A stretch of 64,000 nucleotides of DNA. It comes from Octopus sinensis (Eukaryota). Shown here piece by piece: positions 26,651-39,099 of this stretch (position 1 is its first letter; every line of letters begins with the position of its first letter). Both the position numbers and the translations under genes were made by a program. Under the pieces are notes generated by a model. It was not told the DNA's origin. It saw nothing but the letters and a program-made list of their open reading frames with translations, and made no database searches. The stretch covers positions 48,980,001-49,044,000 of the forward strand of contig NC_043010.1 in assembly GCF_006345805.1 (NCBI RefSeq), in the 5' to 3' direction.

Positions 26651-26979
26651 ATGATAATAATATAATAATAATAATAATCCTTTTTACAATAGGAGAGAGT
26701 CAGCGAGAGAGAGAGAGAGAGAGAGCCAACGAGGGAGTAATACATGTGGCTGTTTGAAATGCTAGAAACGGCAGTTAAGTCTCCTTCAAATCACAGACCA
26801 AAACCACTGGGCAGGGCTATTTGGACATTGATGATTTCGCATGGTTCTACTGGACATTGAATTTGTTTTGGCGACGGTACTTTTTGGCACTGAAGGCAAA
26901 CACGCACGCACGGACGCAGAAATATGCACTTACAGATACAAAAAGGGATCTTTTCTGTTTGCTGTCAATTTTCAATCTC

Positions 26980-27364
26980 TTTACCCTTTTTACTCTTATA
27001 CTTGTTTCAGTCATGTGACTGTGGCCATGCTGGAGCACCGCCTTTAGTCGAGCAAATCGACTCCAGGACTTATTCTTTGTAAGCCCAGTACTTATTCTAT
27101 CGGTGTCTTTTGCCGAACCGCTAAGTTACGGGACACCAGCATCGGTTGTCAAGCGATGTTGGGGGGACAAACACAGACACATACATATACACATATATAT
27201 ATACGACGGGCTTCTTTCAGTTTCCGTCTACCAAATCCACTCACAAGGCTTTGGTCGGCCCGAGCTATAGTAGAAGACACTTGCCCAAGGTGCTATGCAG
27301 TGGCAATGAACACGGAACCATGTGATTCATAAGCAAGCTAATTACCACACAGCCACTCCTACGC
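26980..27364 (-). mobile_element. tRNA-derived SINE family 1
   Basis: Full-length match to other copies. Confidence 0.9.
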
Positions 27365-27429
27365 TTATCTCTTCAATTTCTGTTCGAATTGATTCCATAT
27401 TCAGCGTAATGATATGCTTTTATATGCTA

Positions 27430-27835
27430 GGCGTAGGAGTGGCCGTGTGGTAAGTAGCTTGCTTACCAACCACATGGTTCCAGGTTCATTCTCACTGCGT
27501 GACACCTTGGGCAAGTGTCTTCTACTATAGCCTAGCGCCGACCAAAGCCTTGAGAGTGGATTTGGTAGACGGAAACTGTAAGAAGCCCGTCGTATATATG
27601 TATATGTGTGTGTGTGTATGTTTATGTGTCTGTGTTTGTGTTTGTCCCTTCAACATCGCTTGACAACCGATGCTGGTGTGTTTACGTTCCCATAACCTAG
27701 CGGTTCGGCAAAAGAAACCGATAGAATAAGTACTAGGCTTACAAAGAATAAGTCCTGGCGTCGATTTGCTCGTGTAAAGGCGGTGCTCCAGCATGGCTGC
27801 AGTCAGATGACTGAAACAAGTAAGTAAAGAAAAGA
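27430..27835 (+). mobile_element. tRNA-derived SINE family 1
   Basis: GGCGTAGGAGTGGCCGTGTGGTAAG head; head-to-head with the previous copy. Confidence 0.9.
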
Positions 27836-28089
27836 ATAGTCAATATCATGAAAATCATTTTCGCTATAAATCAGTGAATAAAGAATTATTATCTATTAAA
27901 GTTTTAACATTTTGGGTAATTTTAGCCAATCGTAGGCCACAGTCACATTCATGCCTGTTTCCATAGAAAAAAGTCAAACATGAGAACTCTTTTGCCTGTG
28001 AGAAAGTACGTGTTGACAAACGTGTTCCAGTCATTGAGGTGGTTGTCATAAGTGCTAAAAATAGCAGCCAGATAGGCTTTAAATCACGC

Positions 28090-28457
28090 GCCAGAGGAGG
28101 ATGTGGTTTCGTACTTGCAAGAAAAGAGTGTTATGCCCAAAAGAAAATTATGCAAAATGAAGAAGCATTTTATGAGTACAAGCAAACATAGAGGAGAGAT
28201 GTATTGGCGGTGCTCGCGCCAAGGATGCATGGAGCCTGTGTCAGTGAGGAAAGACACATGGTTTGAAGGTGGCACCTTTCCTCTTAGGACTGTAGTTCTT
28301 TTCCTTTACTCGTGGGTTAAGGAGTTGACTTCAGTCTGGTTTTGTGTTGAAGAATTGCACAGCTGCTGGTTATAACAGCTATGTTAGGGAATTATTTGCG
28401 GAAGACCTGCTCCGTCATCTAGTTAAGGTTGTTGGTCCTGCGAAGATTGTTGAGATG
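28090..28457 (+). mobile_element. Merlin/ISXO2-like transposase N-terminal fragment
   Basis: MYWRCSRQGC...SVRKDTWFEG...FLYSWVKELTSVWFCVEEL, then (frameshift) YNSYVRELFAEDLLRHLVKVVGPAKIVE. Resembles the Zn-ribbon and GGPGxxVEIDE lead-in of ISXO2/Merlin transposases. Confidence 0.7.
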
Positions 28458-30339
28458 TTTGATTTTGAAAATATATAATTTGTAATGTGCTATTTTGTTT
28501 TTGGATAAATCTTTTAGGTTTGTGCTAAAGTTTCTTATTTTGAGAAATTTTTAATTTGTAATATGCTGTTTATCGCATTAAATGCACATTGAATGCTTCA
28601 AAATACAACATACGTATTGCTTACACGTTCTTTTTTTTGTCATTGAGGTTGTTGTGATGTGTGCTAGAAAATAATAGCTAAAAAGGCCCTAAATCATGTT
28701 CCCCCGCAATTTTTTTCTTTTTGCATAATCGTTTGAATTTTTGCGTATAGAATACAAATACGCAAAAATTTTCTGAAAATTCAAAAGAATAAATAAGTTA
28801 TGAGGGGTTATATGTCGTGCGTAATTCATTTGATTACGGTTTCATACAAAACACTAGTGCTATTTTCAGGATGTTGACAAAATGTGCAGCCACGCACAAA
28901 ATGACTGCTTCCAAATCCTGTTTCCTGACTGAGTGAAAATGAACAAACTTTAAACCTCTATAACTTTAATTTTTTTTTTCTGGAAAGAGTGAAATAACTC
29001 CAGCAATTCAGCTTGGAAAACTACATTAATATACCAAATTTTTAAATTTTCAATAAACTTTGATTTTTGAAATCTTGCCTGTCAAAAACAGAAAAAATCC
29101 AGAAAGAGTGAAAGAAAGGAAAAGACAAGGACATTACAATTTATTAATTGAACACGATTTACATTTCCCTCTCCTCATGCACATAAAGAGAAGTTAGCTG
29201 GTGCTCCGTCGGTGTCGACGACGAGTGTTCCAGTTGATCCTATCAACGGAACAGCCTGCTCGTGAAATTAACGTGCAACTAGCTGGACACTTCACACACA
29301 CGCGTATCTTCAACGTAGTTCTCAAAGGGATTCAGCGTGACACAGAATGTGACAAAGTCGGCCCTTTGAAATACAGGTATAACTCATTTTGCTAGGTAAG
29401 TTGATTGGAGAAGTGTGAAATAAAGTGTCTTGTTCACGGGATAAGCTAATAGCAATGGCTATCTGATATTTATAGTCAATCGCCTGTCATTCTAACACTA
29501 TATGGTAAACACAATCAGTGTTTTCCTCGGTTGTGCAGCTGCAGGACGTGTAGACTTTGGTCAAATTTAAGACTCTCCCTTGCTCTCCTAAATTCAGCTG
29601 CCCGTTTTCGCAATGTTTACAAAGTTGGAGCGTCATCCCCTATTGTAGTCCCCATGTCAGTATCAGTGTCCTTTAGCGTGTAGTCACGCCAACTTGGGAA
29701 ATCTCCAGCACGCATGCGCAGAGTTGGATTCTTCCGGGAGGTCTGTCGGAAGTTCCCACATGCGCATGCGCAGAAAACTAGCAGCAGCGAAATTTCCCTC
29801 GTATCGCTCTCTCGAACGCTGAGAGCCGAATAGGACGGTCTTGTTTTATCAGCTCTCTCAAGCTGCTACCTCGTGGTGTTTCTCCGCTATGCTTGAACGG
29901 ACAGGATTTGGCTCACTCCACTTGACTACTGCAACGAGCTCCTAGGCTGCCGATTCGCCCAGAAAGAAGTATGTATATATTGCGAATCCAGAAATAAAAT
30001 ATTTATGCTTTTGAAGTTAATCAGGAGTCTTGACTCTTTCCTTCGATTAATATTTTAATGTCAAGGATGCGAGCTGCATTCATCCAGTGCGGGAACCTCT
30101 CATCCTGTTACAATTGGTGACCCCTGAACATGAAACGAACGTGCAAGCCAACAGACAGACACAGCAACTCGTCATACTTGAATGCCAAATTTTGTCCATT
30201 TTCAAGAGATCTCACGACTAGTTTCTTTTGAAGTCTTCTTTTAAAAGTCAGAAATAAATTTACCAGTTATCAATAAGTGCTATAAATTAATACATTCAAG
30301 ATTTCACAACTCTAGCGTCACCCCTTCGTAGTCAGCTTA

Positions 30340-30482
30340 TGAACTTTTCAGCCCTCACTTTACGAGGATCCGCTTTACGAGACTCCGGGGGTTTACGAAT
30401 TATTACGAGATTTCTGTTTACGAGTTTTCGCTTTACCAGCGATCATCGGAAACGAATTAACACGTATATCGAGTCATTACTG
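30340..30482. mobile_element. Tigger/pogo-like terminal fragment
   Basis: Ends CACGTATATCGAGTCATTACTG|TA (reverse reads CAGTAATGACTCGATATACG); repeated TTTACGA subterminal motifs. Confidence 0.5.
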
Positions 30483-30569
30483 TATAAAGCGCGTAAATTT
30501 GGTATAAGTTAATACACTTTCCCTATCAATTATGCTTTCTTTTTCTTCTTTCCGTTTTTTGTAGATTTG

Positions 30570-31075
30570 GGATGTTCTTCTTCTTCTTCATCGACGTCGT
30601 TGTCTTCTTCTTCTTCTTCTTCTTCTTCTTCTTCTTCTTCGTCGTCGTCGTCGTCTTCTTCGTCTTCTTCTTCGTCGTCTTCTACTTCTTCTTCTTCTAC
30701 TTCTTCTTCTTCCTCTTCTTTTTCTTTTTCTTCTACTTCTTCTTTTTCTTCCTCTTCTACTTCTTCCTCTTCTTTTTCTTTTTCTTTTTCTTTTTCTTCT
30801 CTTCTTCTTCTTCCTCTTCTTTTTCTTTCTTCAACTTCTTCCTCTTCTTTTTCTTTTTCTTTTTCTTTTTCTTCTTCTTCTTCTTCCTCTTCTTTTTCTT
30901 TCTTCTACTTCTTCCTCTTCTTTTTCTTTTTCTTTTTCTTTTTCTTCTTCTTCTTCTTCTTCCTCTTCTTTTTCTTTCTTCTACTTCTTCCTCTTCTTTT
31001 TCTTTTTCTTCTCCTTCTCCTTCTTCTTCTTCTCCTTCTCCTTCTTCTCCTTCTCCTTCTCCTTCTTCTTCTTTG
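30570..31075. repeat. Polypyrimidine (TTC/TTTTTC/TCC) tract
   Basis: Direct reading; explains the poly-Ser/Phe/Lys/Arg ORFs. Confidence 0.97.
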
Positions 31076-31503
31076 TCGTACAGCCATTTCAATAAGTTCA
31101 CCAATCACCGATATTATAAGCAACTCTGCGGTGTGACAATCCGGTAGACGACCAATTAATTTCTCGTAGTAGTTTTTTTTTCTTTTTCCTGCCTTTTTTT
31201 TTCTATTTTTTGTTTTCTTTATTTTCTTAATGTTAACAATCAAATATAGACTGGTGTAAATCCTGGACTTACAAACAAGATTAACCGATTTTTATATTTA
31301 ATTTTTTTTTTTTTACATTATTTGTTCGTTATCCGTCTAGTCTTGGAGTCAGGATATCAGCACTAGCAGAATTTTTTCCAGTTCTTTCATAATTCAAAGA
31401 AAAATGTTATGTGTGTATGTTGTACATGTATATGTATACATATATATTCATATATATGTATACACACACACATACATACATACATTATATATATATATGT
31501 GTG

Positions 31504-31538
<35 letters not shown>

Positions 31539-31539
31539 C

Positions 31540-31594
<55 letters not shown>

Positions 31595-31617
31595 TTATAT
31601 ATTATATATATATATTA

Positions 31618-31648
<31 letters not shown>

Positions 31649-31727
31649 GTATATATATATACATATATATATATGTATATATATATATAATATATATGTA
31701 TATATATATATATATATGATATATATA

Positions 31728-31773
<46 letters not shown>

Positions 31774-32190
31774 TATATACACATATATATAGACTTACTT
31801 GGAAATGGATGCGTGGCCGTTCAATTAAATAATGATATAATATGTGTGTGTGTGTGTGTGTGTGTGTGTATGCACATATGGGTAAAGGACGTCACCAATA
31901 GTAAATAACATGTATTACGAAAACAAATGAGTTGAAAACGCAAACAATGAGAGAGAAAATGAAGAACAGGACAAATAACACAAAGAACAACTCTTAATCA
32001 GTTGTCGGTTGTCTGTCTACTCTTCGTTTCGAGCATTGAACGACAATATGAGTCTTCGAAGACAGTTGCTCCCATAAATACCAAAATGAAATTTTGGATT
32101 TATGGAGGGTGAACGTTGGTAACAAAAACAGGACAGTGGAAACATACAAGGAAACCGAACGAAAATAAACATTTTACCCTCGTTCTGGTC

Positions 32191-33240
32191 TTACAGAAAA
32201 ACCGTTGAACCCCAATTGTGGCATCTCGGTATTCTGCCCTCCACGTTCACCCTTAGTTCTACTCTATTCGAAAGAAAAATCAGGTCGGGAACTTTCTCAA
32301 ACTTCTCTGGCTTCACGTGGAGAAGAACCTCCAAGGTAGTCCCAACCCAATTCTTCCTCCTCGATCTTGTAACGCCCAGGAGATTTTGCCCGCCATCCCT
32401 ACAAATACATGCAAGAATCCACCATAGATTCAAGACTGGTGGGACTGCAGGTACCGTAATTCGTATCGCCCTCCTTCCCATGTACGTTGGGAAGAGGGCG
32501 ATTTCCTTGGTGCGACCCGTGGTCACCGAGTTCTGTATCGTCTGCTCCTTTGTCTTAAAAAATGCCCCTACTCCGCCGTACTGCCTCGCTCTCGCAATGT
32601 GGTGGATATTTTGCCATATGTCTTTCAAGGCTTTTTCCACTTGGTCGCATTTAGCATTTTCGAGCTTACTCGTCTTTGTATTTACACACCTGTAGACGAC
32701 TGTTCGTTTCGTTGTTGCTTCGAGCACGTCGACAGGAGGCGCCAATTCTGCCCTCCTTCCATTCATTTTCATAAATTTTGCCGCCTTGCTTAGTTTTTCT
32801 ATTTTGCCTTCCAATGAGATGTTAACCCATTCCTTAGCTGCCGTGATATTTGTCAAAGTTTTTTCCCTACCGCTAACTCCATTTTTTTAGACGCTTTGCA
32901 GTCGCTTTCAATATCGTTTTGCGTGCTCCTATAATTTCCATGTAACGAGAAAGATTTTACTCCTTCCTTCCTCTCGCTTTCTTTCTGCTTTTCCTCTTCT
33001 TTCTTCTTTTCTTGCCTCTAAGTTGCTTCTTCATCCTTCTTTTCTTCCTGCTGTCTGCTGCCAATCATGGCGAGGAGGACGGGGAAGTCTCCGTGCAAAT
33101 TGCCGTACCACCTTCCTTCCTCACTCCCGCTTTTCGTTGCCATCTATCTTCAATGTTTACTTTCTTTGAAGTAAATTTTCGAGGAAATTTGAAAACAAAA
33201 AGGTTTATATCCCCCACCCCAAAAAATGGAGCTTTGGTTA
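32191..33240 (-). mobile_element. LINE ORF1 (gag-like) remnant, truncated at the zinc knuckle
   Basis: 221-aa open frame ending RVNVEGRIPRCHNWGS, a decayed VEGRxPxCxxCG CCHC knuckle typical of L1/Tx1-like ORF1. The upstream part is broken by stops; no ORF2. Confidence 0.65.
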
Positions 33241-33282
33241 ACAAACGTTGGCTCACAAAACGATTTAACCAATAAAATACAG

Positions 33283-33679
33283 TACTCTTTTACTCTTTAC
33301 TCTTTTACTTGTTTCAGTCATTTGACTGTGGTCATGCTGGAGCACCGCCTTTAGTCGAGCAAATCGACCCCGGGACTTATTCTTTGTAAGCCCAGTACAT
33401 ATTCTATCGGTCTCTTTTGCCGAACCGCTAAGTGACGGGGACGTAAACATACCAGCATCGGTTGTCAAGCAATGCTAGGGGACAAACACAGACACACATA
33501 CATATATATATATATATATACATACGATGGGCTTTTTTCAGTTTCCGTCTACCAAATCCACTCACAAGGCATTGGTCGGCCCGGGGCTATAGCAGAAGAC
33601 ACTTGCCCAAGATGCCACGCAGTGGGACTGAACCCGGAACCATGTGGTTGGTTAGCAAGCTACTTAGCACTCAGCCACT
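33283..33679 (-). mobile_element. tRNA-derived SINE family 1
   Basis: Full-length match. Confidence 0.9.
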
Positions 33680-33771
33680 GAACCTTTTAAAACAAGTGGA
33701 TTAAACATAAACTAACAGCGCGCCAAAAACACACCTCCTACTCTGGTAATAATAACAACAACAACAACAAC

Positions 33772-33815
<44 letters not shown>

Positions 33816-33817
33816 CA

Positions 33818-35115
33818 ATCCTAAGTGGAAAGTAGCAATACAAAAAGAGATCGAATTTTTGTAGGTGGATGTATCAGATCTTGATGAACTTTCTAGAGGA
33901 GTAAATGTTAGGATGAAACAAGTTAGAAAAATCAAGCAAAAATATAAAATCAAAGATTTTATAAACCTCCCTGCAACCAAGGAACAATTGAAACAAAGAA
34001 TACAACTGAAAGCCCAACGGCTCAGAAGGTATGACAAAAGAATAAAATTTTCTTGACAAAATAAGCTATTCAAGACGGATGCAAACAAATTTTATAGGGA
34101 AATTGGCAAAAGCAAGCCACCTAAGAGTGAGGAAATGGAAGAATTCTGGAAGAAGATATGGAGAATATAATGCTGAAGCTCACTGAAAGTGAAACTGGAT
34201 GAAGTTGAGGAGCAGAAATGGGAGGCACTAGGAGTAGAAGAGCTAAGATGTTGTTTTTAGAAAGTCTCACAAATGGAGAACCCCAGGACTGAACTGGATC
34301 CCTAACTTCTGGCTGAATTGTTTCACAGAAGTACGCCAAAATTTTGCTGCATCCCTATTTGATGTCATCCAGAACCCAGAGCAAATTTTGTCGTCTTGCT
34401 TAGTTTTTCTATTTTCTCCTCCAATGAGATGTTAACCCATTCTTTAGCTGTTGTGATATTTGCAAAAGTTTCTTCCCTACCGCAAACTCCATTTTTTTTA
34501 GACACTTAGCAGTCGCTTTCACTATTGTTTCGCGTACTCCTATAAAATCCATGTAGCGAGAAAGACTTTACTCCTTCCTTCCTCTCGCCGAAGGAACAAC
34601 ATACCTTCTTCCAAGAACTGATGACACACAAAAATCCAAAGAACTACTGACCAATAACATATCTCAACACTACTACAAGATCCTCACATCCATACTAACT
34701 GAAAGAATACACAATTTTCTGGAACAGAACTCTATCCTTCCACAAGCTCAAAAAGGTTGTAAAAGGAATTCTTAGAATGATTGTAGAGAATTTCTGGAGC
34801 AACAAGAACTTTATTATGGCATGGAATAGACTACAGGAAAGTGTTTGACAGTGTCCCACATAACTGGCTACTCAAGGCCCTTGAGATATACAAGATCTCT
34901 CCTGTCATCTCCAAATTCTTACAAGGTGGCAAAGTCAAGTGGAATACACGTCTTCTTCTAAACCATAGTAATGGGATGAGCCAATCTAGCATCAACATCA
35001 AACGAAGCATCTTTCAAAGTGACTCCCTTTCCTCATTACTCTTTTGCATGGTACTGTTCCCACTCTTAAACGAACTGAGTAACACCAGGTATGGGCTCAA
35101 AATATATAATATTAT
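33818..35115 (+). mobile_element. R4/Dong-like non-LTR retrotransposon fragment (pre-RT and RT), decayed
   Basis: PKWKVAIQKEIE...KQRIQLKAQRLRRYDKR...QNKLFKTDANKFYREI...EEFWKKIW; KWRTPG...NFWL; EGTTYLLP...NYxPIT; FDSVPHNWLL...IKRSIFQSDSLSSLLFC (RGIFQGDSLSPLLFC motif). Begins directly after an (AAT/AAC)n tract. Confidence 0.85.
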
Positions 35116-36023
35116 AAGTAAATCATCTGAAGCTGTTTGTGAATCACAAAGAGCTAGTAGGACTGTTAACCCTCGCCTGTTTCTAGGCAAGGTAATATTT
35201 TTCCATTTATCAGGTTTCACTATCTCTCTTGTGAAGACAAGAGAGATAGTAACACACATGCACATATGCACACAAATATGTATATATTATTTACACAATG
35301 GGTTTCTTTCAGCTTCCATCCACCAAATCCATTCACAAGGCTTTGGTTCATCCAAAGCTATTGTAGAACATATGAACATACTTGCCCAAGGTGTCACACA
35401 GTGGGACTGAACCCAAAACCATATGGTTGGGAAGTAAGATTCTTACCAAGCCACATGAAAGCATATATACATTATATATATATATATATTTATATATCAA
35501 AAACAAGATGCTTTGACTTTGACAATTTTATGAATAAAAGGCTTAGAATATTTACATCATCAAAATATGTTACCGGTTTCAATTGTTTTAAAATAATTTA
35601 TTCATGCAATAAGCCAAGCAAAAATAAAATGCATAAATTAATTTAATCTTTTCTGTAAGCAGTCTTCAAATGTTCACATGGTTTTCTTATAAACTTCAAA
35701 TAATAGTGTTATTGCTCTCCTGGTGGTTGCTGAGTCATAACAGTAGTAATAACAGTTTTGGCAGTGGCAGTTATTGTTGCTTACCAATAATATTGATATT
35801 AAAAAGTGGTTCATAGTTGTTAGAGAGGATGTATGGTAGGTGGCAGTAGTAGTAGCAGTAATAGTAGTGACCACAGTAGTAGTGGCTGAATCTCTCACTA
35901 ATGGAAGTAATAGTAACTTAAGCAGTAGTTGTAGTAACAGAAGTAGTGGAAATGGTTGAAGTCATAGATGTAGTGGGAATGATTTGTTCCGCTCCTACAG
36001 TAATAGGTGTGGGCACAGCAGTT

Positions 36024-36065
<42 letters not shown>

Positions 36066-36719
36066 ATAGTAGTAGTAGCTGCAGCAGTAGCAATACTAAT
36101 CTTCTTTCCCACAGTTTTAAGAAGTGGTTAGTATTTGATTATGAATGTGGTTCCTTTGCTAATGTGTTTTTTGTTGCAATGTGCCATCAGGAAATTGATA
36201 CATGGCAAATATCATAAAATTCGGGTATTTCTTGCTGGCATATCTAGCTATATATTCACTGAGACCTAATTACTTCTTTCCAGTGTCCGAATTTGAGGTC
36301 TATGCAAACTTATGCATTGTCTTCCTATGTAGTTTTCTATGCATCCTGAGCCAATGCACATATAACATTATTTTGAAGAGTTGTCCTTGTTTAAAACAGA
36401 TCTCTGATCCTTCTGACAGGTTTAAACATATACCATAGTTGCAACTTCTGCATTTTTTTTTTTTTTTACTGTTGCTTCTGTTAATTGGCCTTTGTTCATA
36501 TCTTTTTTCATTGATTTGGGCTGTTTTGCTTTTAATGATAGTATGTGTTTGAAGGATTTTCTTAATCCTGGAATCATTGTATGTGTTGTTATGCTTTGAA
36601 ATATCATGTTGGTGGCCTCATTGCTTTTAGAATTATGAATGGATATGTAAGACAAAGGCTTTCAATTCTGGTATAGTTTTTTATTTTGTCTTAGTACAAG
36701 CCCAAAGATAGTTTTTTTA

Positions 36720-37137
36720 GGCATAGGAGTGGCTGTGTGATAAGTAGCTTGCTTACCAACCACATGGTTCCGGGTTCAGTCCCACTGCGTGGCACCTTCG
36801 GCAAGTGTCTTCCACTATAGCCTCGGGCCGGCAAAAGCCTTGTGAGTGGATTTGGTAGATGGAAACTGAAAGAAGCCCGTCATATATAAGTATATGTATA
36901 TGTATGTGTGTATGTATATGTTTGAATGTCTATGTTTGTCCACCCCCTCCCCCCAACATCGCTTGACAACCGATGCTGGTGTATTTACTTACATCCTCAT
37001 AACTTAACGGTTCAACAAAAGAGATCAATAGAATAAGTACTAGGCTTACAAAGAATAAGTCCTAGGGTCGATTTGCTCGGCTAAAGGCGGTGCTCCAGCA
37101 TGGCCACAGTCACGTGACTGAAACAAGTAAAAGAGTA
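36720..37137 (+). mobile_element. tRNA-derived SINE family 1
   Basis: Full-length match. Confidence 0.9.
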
Positions 37138-37284
37138 CCCGGATGTTAATTTTCTTGGCTCATGAATTCCACTATCAATAAAAAATGGTGTGAAACTTCC
37201 TGTTAAGAACTGAATACAGAACCATGTGAGTGGGAAGCAAACTTCTTACCACACAGGTACGCCTGTGTGTGTATGTATACAAGT

Positions 37285-37950
37285 TGTTCACCAAGGATCA
37301 GTTCTTGAACCCCTCTTGTTAATAATAATCCTCTAGGCCATAACAGAGTAATTCAAGACTGCTTGCCCCTAGGAGCACCTCCACGCTGATGACCTTGCAC
37401 TTATAACCGAATCACTACCTAACCTAGAGAAGAAATTTTAGGTATGGAAGCAAGGTCTGGAATTTAGGGGCCTTAGAGTTAATCTAGCAAAGATCAAAAT
37501 CCTAGTAACTACTCTCAGAGTGAAAGGCAGATTGTATGATGCCTGTGTACATACATCTATGCTAAATGGCAGTGAAACATGGGCTGTGACTGCAGAGGAC
37601 ATGTGAAGGCTTGAAATAAATGAAACCAGCATTCCCTACTGGATGGATAATGACAGTATGCACATACAATAGACTACAAATGATTTAGGAGGAAAACTGA
37701 ATATAAGAAACATTAGATGTTGTGTCCATGAAGGAAGACTGCCCTGGTATGGCCATGCGATGTATATGGATGAGGACAGCCACATAAAGAAGTGTTGATT
37801 TCTAATTATGGAGGGGAGCTTGTGGAAGAGGTAGACCCAAGATGTAAGGATCTGAAAAAGGATCTTCAGACACTGGGCTTCACTAAGGAAATGACAAGGG
37901 ACCAGGACTTGTGGTGATCTGCTGTACTTGAGAAGACAAGCTAAGTAAAA
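37285..37950 (+). mobile_element. RTE-clade LINE 3' fragment
   Basis: HQGSVLEPLL...HADDLAL...GLRVNLAK...GSETWAV...LPWYGH...GRGRP...RDQDLW, with stops and frameshifts. Confidence 0.85.
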
Positions 37951-38029
37951 TCATGGCCTAAGTATATTCAGGCATGTCCTTTATGGCCATGACCCCACAC
38001 CTTCTCCCAGCTGAGAGACCTTTATCTTG

Positions 38030-38350
38030 AAGATGCCAGTGTCACATGGTATGTATTTGTGCCAGTTCCACATAACATGCACTTGTGCATGCCACAAAAC
38101 ATGCACTCATGCCAGTGTCATAGAACATGCACTCGTGCTGGTGCCACAATACGCGCAGTCATGTTGGTGCCATATGGAAAATACCCAGCACACTCTCTAA
38201 AGTGGTTGGCATTAGGAAGCACATCAACCATGCCAAAACAGTCAACTGGAGCTTGGACAGCTTTCCAACTGGCCAGATCCTGTCAAACCATTTGACACAT
38301 CCCAGCATGGAAAACAGACATTAAATGATGGTGATGATGATGATGACGAT
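38030..38350 (+). mobile_element. RTE-related 3'-end repeat/SINE with (GAT)n tail
   Basis: GGTTGGCATTAGGAAG...CCCAGCATGGAAAACAGACATTAAATGATG(GAT)n; related copies at ~47780-48045 (+), 46060-46210 (-), 38870-38965 (+). Confidence 0.6.
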
Positions 38351-39099
38351 AAAAGTAAAATAACAAAATAGTGAAAATGGAGAGCTTTTTACAATTCAAA
38401 AACAAAAGTTTAATAACCTTTATATGATTCAGGTAGAAAGGCCCATCATCAGAAGTAAACAGTCATGAAATGTTAGTCTATATAGTATAGGCCATGTTAT
38501 CATTGTGCAAACAGTGACCCCATTATGTTTGTGTGAGTTGTGGTGGCAACAATGGGCAATTACTGTGGCAGCAGCCATTCCCTGAACAGTGCCAGTAGTG
38601 CTTGCAGAAGTCATAGTTGGTTTTTTAATGAGTAGCTTGTAGTAGTTTTTGTGGTTACTACCACTACATCTATTGAAGCTAGTGGCAGTGGTGATAGCTG
38701 TGGTAATAGTCACCAATGACGACGGTACAGGAACAAGCAATGGTAATAACAATTACGGTAGTCATAACAATCGCCTTGGCATAGAGAATTCGATGACAGT
38801 GAACAGCTTATATAAGTCCCAGGCCTAACTCTGGTCTTTTGCTGATCTTTGGATTAACTAAAATAGCATAAGTTGGATGGTTTGAAAGGAACTGCCTGGC
38901 AAGCTCCTGTCAAACAAGCCAACCCATGCCAGCATAGAAGGAGGACGTTAACGACAATGATGACGAATATTAAAAAGTCCTTGGTCTAGAGATTTCCAAC
39001 ATTTCACTCTAAAAACCTGTACAGAAGCTGATTGTTTGTCATGTTTGGATTAACTAACTTGAATATTCAATCCAAAGATTTCCAGCATTTCTCTCTAAC

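Noticed and set aside
30567-31243. Ser/Phe-rich and Lys/Arg/Glu-rich ORFs
   Set aside because: Translations of the TTC/TTTTTC tract.
35674-36131. Thr-rich mucin-like ORFs (also 38429-38752)
   Set aside because: Degenerate (GTA/AGT)n repeats.
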